Positions 36,731 through 42,979 of a stretch of DNA of 64,000 bases are shown here, piece by piece. The DNA is taken from positions 96,784 through 160,783 of the forward strand of contig JBCCFL010000007.1 in assembly GCA_039029735.1 (NCBI GenBank), written 5' to 3'. The notes below the pieces were generated by a model that saw nothing but the letters and a program-made list of their open reading frames with translations, had not been told where the DNA came from and did not search any database. Position 1 is the stretch's first letter. Every line of letters begins with the position of its first letter. Source of the DNA: Actinomycetota bacterium. Its GTDB lineage: Bacteria; Actinomycetota; Acidimicrobiia; Acidimicrobiales; SZUA-35. The position numbers and the translations under genes were made by a program.

Positions 36731-37464
36731 GGATTCTCCAGCGCCTCCGCCACCTCGAACTCGGCCTGCTCAGCGATCGACTCGAAGCTCGGATCCACGG
36801 TGCCGCTGAGCTCGGCGAGCTCCGCGACGTCGACGGTCTCCAGTTCGGCCAGGGCGTCGTCATCGATGGGCGCCAACTCGGCGAGGGCCAGCGCCCGGGC
36901 GGTGAGCAGTTCGGCATAGAGCGCATCGCCCTCCGCCCCATCCTCTGGCGCCACGTCCAGCACGACGTACCACTCTTCGGACGCAATGGCGGCGCCCACG
37001 ACTGCGAGTTCGGCATCCTGGGAGACCAGCTGATCGTCGGCCGTGAGGTCGGCCCGCGTCGACCGGAGCCGATCGACGTCCACCGTGGCGAGGCCCGGCC
37101 CGTCACCCTGCGCCGCCAGCTGCGCAGTGGCATGGGCGTTGGCCATCACGGCCCAGGCGTAGTCGGTCGGATCGTCGTCCGGGTCGATCTCAGCCAGGAA
37201 CAGGCCCGAGTCGTCGAGCAGCAGTTGCCATTGCTGCTGATCGAAGTGTGCTTCCAGAATCTCGCGATCGACCCCGCCAGGGGGCTCCGGGTCTTCGTCT
37301 CGAGGCTCCTTGTCGTTGCCACCTGGGCCGTCGTCGGCTCCAGCTTCTTCGCACTCAGGGTCGCCATCGTCGCACTCATGGCCCGATGCCACCAGAGCCG
37401 ACACGGCAAAGGTGAGCAGCGCGGCCACCAGGCTGAACCGCAGGATCTTCTCAAGGGCAGTCAT
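36727..37464 (-). CDS. Secreted, highly acidic protein, unknown function
   Basis: Signal/anchor LRFSLVAALLTFAVSALVASG followed by an Asp/Glu-rich sequence. ATGA overlap with the downstream gene. Confidence 0.6.
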   Translation of the reverse strand: MTALEKILRFSLVAALLTFAVSALVASGHECDDGDPECEEAGADDGPGGNDKEPRDEDPEPPGGVDREILEAHFDQQQWQLLLDDSGLFLAEIDPDDDPTDYAWAVMANAHATAQLAAQGDGPGLATVDVDRLRSTRADLTADDQLVSQDAELAVVGAAIASEEWYVVLDVAPEDGAEGDALYAELLTARALALAELAPIDDDALAELETVDVAELAELSGTVDPSFESIAEQAEFEVAEALENP

Positions 37465-37986
37465 CTAGTTCTCCGATCGTGATGACGAAGGCGCTGACGG
37501 GTTCGCAGAAACAACTCGATGGATCTCGAACGACGCCACGAGCACGGCCGGCACCATCACGAGATCCGTCACATCCCTGGTGTTCACCGACCGACCGAGC
37601 TGCACCGACACCCCGAAGCGATCTGCCACCCAGCCAGCCGCATCGATCAGCCCGCCGGTGGCGTGCTCGAACCAGGCGTCGGCAGTGGGATCGATCTGCA
37701 AGGCAACGAACAGCCCAACGGGGGCGATCGGCGCCAACACCGGCAGCCACGGCAACACTCGACGCGCACTCACCACCGGCGCGACGACCACGACAAGGGC
37801 GACCACCAGGCTTGCCAGGATCAACGCCGCTGCGTCAGACGCCTTCCCGGTGACCAGGCCCGGGTAGCGACCCTTGAGCCAGTGGTCGTTCGCAATCAGC
37901 AGAACCACACTGGCGACAAACGTCGGGCTGGCCGCGACAGCGAAGGCCGTGTCGAGCCGAGTCGGGTTGAGGGTCGCGTCGCCCAT
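37465..37986 (-). CDS. Small polytopic membrane protein, unknown function
   Basis: VVLLIANDHWLKGRYPGLVTGKASD motif and 4 hydrophobic segments. Its stop abuts the start of the next gene. ORF opens at 38049. Confidence 0.55.
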   Translation of the reverse strand: MGDATLNPTRLDTAFAVAASPTFVASVVLLIANDHWLKGRYPGLVTGKASDAAALILASLVVALVVVVAPVVSARRVLPWLPVLAPIAPVGLFVALQIDPTADAWFEHATGGLIDAAGWVADRFGVSVQLGRSVNTRDVTDLVMVPAVLVASFEIHRVVSANPSAPSSSRSEN

Positions 37987-38120
37987 CCTGGTCGCTCCAT
38001 CGGTTCGTCCACGACGAGCGGAACGATGCCCGCCGCCGTGGTGTCTCACCGATCAAGACCACCGGCGCCGAGATTTGATACGTGCGGCTGCGGCAGCGGC
38101 AGACCGCAGTCAGCCCGGCG

Positions 38121-38462
38121 TCAGCCCGACTCGTCCGAGACAGGAAAGCGCGCGGCGTTGACGGCCATCTTGGCGAACGCCACCTCGGGCAGGTTCGTGC
38201 CGAGCCGATCCGCCAGTTGCACGAGGTAGATCAGCACGTCGGCCATCTCGGCTTCGACCGCTGCCAGCTTGCCAGCCGGCATCCCGCCGGGCTCCGACTC
38301 CTCCGGCGTGAGCCACTGGAACTCGGCCGCCAGCTCCCCCGCCTCTCCGACGAGTGCCATCGCCAGATTCTTCGGGTTGTGGAACTGCGTCCAGCCCCGG
38401 GCGACGGTGAACGCCCGCACCTCATCGGTCAGTGCGGCCAGCGGGTCAGATGACGGCTCCAC
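38121..38462 (-). CDS. MazG-like nucleotide pyrophosphohydrolase (dCTPase-like, all-alpha NTP-PPase)
   Basis: FHNPKNLAMALVGEAGELAAEFQW and EMADVLIYLVQLADRLG, the EExxE/D-type MazG motifs. 113 aa. Confidence 0.75.
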   Translation of the reverse strand: MEPSSDPLAALTDEVRAFTVARGWTQFHNPKNLAMALVGEAGELAAEFQWLTPEESEPGGMPAGKLAAVEAEMADVLIYLVQLADRLGTNLPEVAFAKMAVNAARFPVSDESG

Positions 38463-38500
38463 CTCCGCAACGTACCGTGTTGCCGCCGCTCCAAGCCGGG

Positions 38501-39433
38501 TCAGGCGTCGGCGTAGCCGGGGTAGGAATCCTTGAACACGCCGCTGTGCAGCAGCACCTCTGCCACCGCCGTTTCCGTTTCGACGTCAACGAGGTGATTG
38601 CGGATCCAGTACGACTCCGTGCGCCGACTCTGGGCGAGGGCCACGATCTCGCGGTCCACCCTGTAGACGTGATCCACCAGCACCGGCTGGCCGAGCAACC
38701 GCACCTCCAAGTCGACGAACAGCCCGATGGACGGCTGGCGCACTGCGAACCCAGAGCCTCTCGACTCGGCGTTGGCCAGCACGCTCAACATCTCGATCGG
38801 CACCACCGCGTGCCCCCACGGCGACGCGGTGCCGTTGTCGATGTCGTGCCAGCTGAGCAACTCGGTGATCGTCTCCAGTTTCCGGCGGATCGTGAACGGA
38901 TAGAGATCGCCGTAGTGGACATCCGGCCCAGTCGAAACCGGTTCGGTCGGTCGGCCCTTCTGCCCGACGCTCAGCTGGTCGAGGATCACCAGGTCGTCTT
39001 GGGGATTGGCCATCGCCTTCGCCAGACGGGGCCCGAGCGCAGTCTCGGGATGATTGGGGCCGACCGATGCCGTGCCGGTCAGAACGGGAGTGCCGTCGGC
39101 CTTGGCCGCGTTGATCTCGACCTGGCGAGCCCCGGCACCAGGCACGGTGACGCTCGCCTGCACCTCCTCGCCGTCGACCACCATGTTGAGGAAGTGGGCC
39201 GACAGGCAGCCATGGCTGAACCACTCCTCACCCCAGAGCGCAGCCAGCATCGGCTCGAACTGGCTGAAGTGGGTCGGCCCTTCGATCGGTGCACCGATGA
39301 GGCCGAGCTTGTCGGCCGTCTCGTCGTCGTGGACGCTGAGATGGTCGTCGTAGGTCTGCTCGGCAAGCAGCTGATGCGGAGCCCGTAGCGGGCCTGTGAT
39401 CGTCATCGGAGTATCTGAGTGCAGCACGGCCAT
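38501..39433 (-). CDS. Hypothetical protein, possibly double hot-dog (MaoC-like) fold
   Basis: About 310 aa with good GC3. DDETADKLGLIGAPIEGPTHF loosely resembles MaoC dehydratase segments. Family not securely recognised. Confidence 0.45.
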   Translation of the reverse strand: MAVLHSDTPMTITGPLRAPHQLLAEQTYDDHLSVHDDETADKLGLIGAPIEGPTHFSQFEPMLAALWGEEWFSHGCLSAHFLNMVVDGEEVQASVTVPGAGARQVEINAAKADGTPVLTGTASVGPNHPETALGPRLAKAMANPQDDLVILDQLSVGQKGRPTEPVSTGPDVHYGDLYPFTIRRKLETITELLSWHDIDNGTASPWGHAVVPIEMLSVLANAESRGSGFAVRQPSIGLFVDLEVRLLGQPVLVDHVYRVDREIVALAQSRRTESYWIRNHLVDVETETAVAEVLLHSGVFKDSYPGYADA

Positions 39434-39489
39434 GGTCTGAGCCTGCCACTCGGCGCCAGGACACACCAGCAGCGATGCCCTAGCGTCTG

Positions 39490-39735
39490 GTGACGAAGGA
39501 CATCGGGCGCACGGCGCAGCACAGCAGCGATGGAGGGGGTGTTCCGATGCTGGTGCGAACGATCGGCCAACCCGCCATCGCTCACGGGCCTGCGGACCAG
39601 GGTGAACCGGTTCCAGGTGGACGCACGGCCTACGTCCTCGAGATCCTGGCCGCGCGCTTCGACATCGAAGGCGTGACCCACGGCGCGATCGGGTCGGACG
39701 GGGGTCAACCCCCGGCCCCGACGAGGACGGCGTGA
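39490..39735 (+). CDS. Small ORF, possibly the 5' part of a frameshifted gene
   Basis: GTG start. Coding-like only in its second half (RTAYVLEILAARFDIEGVTHGAIGSDGG). Ends in a GTGA overlap with the next ORF, just after G5 and C5 runs. Confidence 0.3.
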   Translation: MTKDIGRTAQHSSDGGGVPMLVRTIGQPAIAHGPADQGEPVPGGRTAYVLEILAARFDIEGVTHGAIGSDGGQPPAPTRTA

Positions 39736-40190
39736 TCTACTACCCCGGCGAGGTCGGGGAGACGCCCGAGCACGGCAACGATCGGTTCGTGACCTACGAA
39801 CTGCGGAGCCTCGAACGACTGTGGTCGCTCCAGATGGAGGCCGCCGCTGGCGCCGATTCGGCCGTGTATCACGATTGGGGTTCGATGCGTGGCGACTGCA
39901 GCGGGCCGGGGCACTCCCCGCGCTGCAGCACCAATACCGCCAATCTGCCGTGGAACTGGGACGACGAAGACGACGAAGACGACGAGCTGTACTCGGGCCA
40001 GTACGTGCTCGACCCCGTCTACGCCATCGATCACTACTTCGACGACCTCGGCCCCTTCGCCTCGACCTACCTGCGCAACCCCTACCTGGAGGACCTCCGG
40101 GCCGCTGGCTACAGCGACGGCAATCTCCCGGTCGGATGGGACAGGAAGCTGAGCCTCGACCAGATGCTCCGACGGCTCCCCACCTCGTGA
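39732..40190 (+). CDS. Hypothetical acidic protein (no N-terminal signal), probably a continuation of 39490..39735
   Basis: Very strong GC3. YYPGEVGETPEHGNDRFVTYELRSLERLW..NWDDEDDEDDELYSGQYVLDPVYAIDHYF. No family recognised. Confidence 0.6.
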   Translation: MIYYPGEVGETPEHGNDRFVTYELRSLERLWSLQMEAAAGADSAVYHDWGSMRGDCSGPGHSPRCSTNTANLPWNWDDEDDEDDELYSGQYVLDPVYAIDHYFDDLGPFASTYLRNPYLEDLRAAGYSDGNLPVGWDRKLSLDQMLRRLPTS

Positions 40191-40240
40191 ATCGGGCCGT
40201 CGCTGGCGCGACAGGTGACCGACGCTGCAGTGTGTGATCA

Positions 40241-42550
40241 ATGCTCGACGATCTGACTGTGTTCGAAATCGAGGGCTCCGTGGCCGGCGGCTACGCCGCC
40301 AAACTGCTCGCCGACCACGGGGCTCGGGTCACCACGATCCAGTCAGAGACGCCGCCGCTACCCCCACCGTCGAGCGGGATGCGCCGATACCTGAGCCGAG
40401 ACAAGGCGCAAGCCGACCAGACCACCGCTGATCAGCTGCGCGCCGCTGACGTCGTCATTCGCAGCTCAGCGATCGATCCGCTCAGCGCCGCAGACCCTGA
40501 CGTGACCAGCGACAACCCCCAGCAGGTCACGCTGGAGATCTCGCCGTTCGGAACAACCGGGCCGTATGCCAGCCGACGCTCATCCGACCTCGTGGACCAG
40601 GCGATCTCCGGTCACCTGTTCCTCAACGGCGACCCCGACCGTGTGCCCGTGAGCGGCCCTGATCACCAGGTGGCCTACGCCGCCGGTGCCCATGGGGCCA
40701 TCGGGGTCTTGGCGGCACTCGCCGCCCGTCGAACTACCGGCGACGGCCAGCGGGTCACGGTCACGCACCACCAGACGATGGCGGCGCTGCACCAGTTCAC
40801 GCTGCTCCGCTACACCCACAACGGCGACATCCTCTCCCGCATGGGTAACCGCTACGCCGGACCCGGCCGCCCAATCGGCATGTACCCGTGTGGTCCGGGC
40901 CACATCAGCCTCGTGGTGCCCCGCGGCGATCAGCTCGAAACACTGCTCGCCGTCACCGATCTCCTCTGGCTGCTCGACGAACCCGGCATCGACGGCGTCT
41001 ACGACGTGATGCACCACCCCACCCTGCTCGACGAGCACCTCGTACCGTGGCTCGCCACCCGCGATCCAGAGGAGACGATCGAGCTGTTCCAGTCGCTGCG
41101 TATCCCGGCTGGCCGGGTGGCCTCGCTCGACGACGTGCTCGACGACCCGGGCCTGGCCGAGCGGGGCTTCTGGCGAACGGCACCACACGACGACGAAAAC
41201 AACGACCACAACACGTCGGTACGCATCCCTGGGCCCGCAGCGCAGATCTCGGTAGGCCCCACGCCTGGGCCTCGGCCCGACGGAACCAGCACCGATCTGA
41301 CCGACGGGCCGCTCGCCGGCGTGCGCGTGCTCGACCTCACCCGGGTGTGGGCCGGCCCGTACTGCACCCGCATCCTGGCCGATCTTGGCGCCGATGTGAT
41401 CATGGTGGAGGCGCCGTGGGCCCGAGGCGGCGCGACCATCGACCACACGTCGGTGATGGCCACCCGCTACTACCCCGACAACGACCCGGGGGAGCACCAC
41501 TGGAACCGGATCGGGTTCTCGAACAAGTACAACGTGAACAAGCGCAACATCGCAGTCGACCTCACCACTCAGGACGGTCGGCAGATCCTCGAAGCCCTCG
41601 TCGCCGAGGCCGACATGCTGGTTGAGAACTACAGCCCCCGGGTGATGCCGAACTTCGGCCTCGACGACGCCCGCCTCCACGAGCTGAATCCGTCGCTCAT
41701 CGTGATGTCGATGCCAGGCTTCGGCCGCACCGGCCCGTCACGCGACCACGTGGCCTACGGCCCCATGATCGACTCCCAGGCCGGCCTCTCCGCGCTCATG
41801 GGCTACGAGGGCGAGACGGCCCGCAAGGCCGGCATCGCCTGGCCCGACCCGGTGGCCGGCATGCACGCCGCCGTCGCCGCGCTCGTTGCGCTGCACGGCC
41901 GCGACACCGACAGTGAGGCCCGCGGCCGTGTGATCGAGGTCGCACAACTGGAGGCGACCGTTGGCATGATCGGGCACGCCATCGCCGATGCCCAGCTGAC
42001 CGGCCAACCCGACCGGCCCACCGGGAACCGCCACCGAGTGTTCGCCCCCAGCGGGGTGTACCGATGCACTGGCGAGGACCGGTGGGTGGCCATCACCGTG
42101 GTGGACGACGACGGCTGGAGGCCGCTCGTCGACCTCCTCGACCTCGACGCCAACTGGCGGGCCTGGAGTAGCGACCACCGCCACCAGCACCACGATGCGA
42201 TCGATGCCGCCGTCGCCGCCTGGACGGCCAGCCGTACCCAACATGAAGTGACCGCGGCCCTCCAGGCGATCGGCGTTCCCGCCGGCCCCGTGGCCGACGC
42301 CCAGCAGGTGATGACCGATCCGCACCTCGCCGCGCAGGGCTTCTACGTGGCCCTTCAACATCCCGACGCAGGCACTCACGAGTGGCCTCGCCTGCCCATC
42401 GAGCTGAGCGCCACTCCGGCCACCTACCGCCGACCCGGCCCGCTCTTGAACGAGCACGCCACCGAGATCCTCACCGATCTCGGCTACGACCAGGCCACCG
42501 TCGAGGCGTTGTACGCAACGGGAGTGATCTCGGACCGTCCGCCCGACTGA
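40241..42550 (+). CDS. Fused tandem family III CoA-transferase (two CaiB/BaiF-like domains in one 769-aa chain)
   Basis: Domain 1 N-terminal motif LTVFEIEGSVAGGYAAKLLADHGARV. Domain 2 (from about nt 41309) LAGVRVLDLTRVWAGPYCTRILADLGADVIMVE and PDPVAGMHAAVAALVAL. Confidence 0.8.
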   Translation: MLDDLTVFEIEGSVAGGYAAKLLADHGARVTTIQSETPPLPPPSSGMRRYLSRDKAQADQTTADQLRAADVVIRSSAIDPLSAADPDVTSDNPQQVTLEISPFGTTGPYASRRSSDLVDQAISGHLFLNGDPDRVPVSGPDHQVAYAAGAHGAIGVLAALAARRTTGDGQRVTVTHHQTMAALHQFTLLRYTHNGDILSRMGNRYAGPGRPIGMYPCGPGHISLVVPRGDQLETLLAVTDLLWLLDEPGIDGVYDVMHHPTLLDEHLVPWLATRDPEETIELFQSLRIPAGRVASLDDVLDDPGLAERGFWRTAPHDDENNDHNTSVRIPGPAAQISVGPTPGPRPDGTSTDLTDGPLAGVRVLDLTRVWAGPYCTRILADLGADVIMVEAPWARGGATIDHTSVMATRYYPDNDPGEHHWNRIGFSNKYNVNKRNIAVDLTTQDGRQILEALVAEADMLVENYSPRVMPNFGLDDARLHELNPSLIVMSMPGFGRTGPSRDHVAYGPMIDSQAGLSALMGYEGETARKAGIAWPDPVAGMHAAVAALVALHGRDTDSEARGRVIEVAQLEATVGMIGHAIADAQLTGQPDRPTGNRHRVFAPSGVYRCTGEDRWVAITVVDDDGWRPLVDLLDLDANWRAWSSDHRHQHHDAIDAAVAAWTASRTQHEVTAALQAIGVPAGPVADAQQVMTDPHLAAQGFYVALQHPDAGTHEWPRLPIELSATPATYRRPGPLLNEHATEILTDLGYDQATVEALYATGVISDRPPD

Positions 42551-42597
42551 CGACCGGCCCGTGCCCCAAACGGCCCACCTTCGCCGGGAGCGCGACC

Positions 42598-42646
42598 TGA
42601 GCGGTGGGCCCCCACCCAACCGAGGGAAGATGAGGCCCACCGCTCA
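42598..42646. other. 13-bp perfect inverted repeat downstream of the CoA-transferase
   Basis: TGAGCGGTGGGCC-23 nt-GGCCCACCGCTCA. A third GGCCCACC copy at 42572-42579 could pair alternatively. No U-tract. Confidence 0.6.
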
Positions 42647-42671
42647 CTGCGACCAACTCAACCAGAGGCCA

Positions 42672-42689
42672 CTGAGTGATCGCTGAGTG
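42672..42689 (+). promoter_or_regulatory. Heptamer direct repeat with 11-bp period (candidate SARP box)
   Basis: CTGAGTG-atcg-CTGAGTG, about 100 nt upstream of the small ORF at 42788 and about 260 nt from the 3' end of the SARP gene. Confidence 0.3.
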
Positions 42690-42787
42690 GATCCCGATGC
42701 CCGCTGCTCATCGCCCGCTCACCCGCCACCGCCAAGGTGGCAGCAGTCGGATCGCCTGATCCGGCACCGAGCAGGAAGGCCTCGCAG

Positions 42788-42979
42788 ATGTCGACCAACC
42801 ACAACAACTACAGCAACCACCCCGTCGCCACCCCTGCCGAGCAGGGCTCGCGCCGAGCCGACATGGTGCGAGATGCCCTCGGCCCCGGCCTCCAGGTGTC
42901 GACCACCCTGGAACGGGTGGTCGCGATGGCTCAGCTCAATCCGGTCACTCAGGCGAGAGGGCGCGCAACGCGGCGTTGA
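42788..42979 (+). CDS. Small hypothetical protein (63 aa)
   Basis: AGGAAGG Shine-Dalgarno 8 nt before the ATG. Very high GC3 over the first about 45 codons. The 3' end overlaps the convergent SARP gene by 35 nt. No family recognised. Confidence 0.4.
   Translation: MSTNHNNYSNHPVATPAEQGSRRADMVRDALGPGLQVSTTLERVVAMAQLNPVTQARGRATRR

Noticed and set aside
34754-42550. Integrative genomic island at tRNA-Arg
   Set aside because: No integrase, excisionase or transposase gene is present. I could not find a repeat of the tRNA 3' end by eye, and the downstream genes have the same GC and codon style as the rest of the window.
42630-42686. 18-codon micro-ORF (MRPTAHCDQLNQRPLSDR) in the hairpin loop
   Set aside because: It is too short and not codon-biased. 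The apparent Shine-Dalgarno and ATG would be partly sequestered in the stem-loop, and nothing supports translation.
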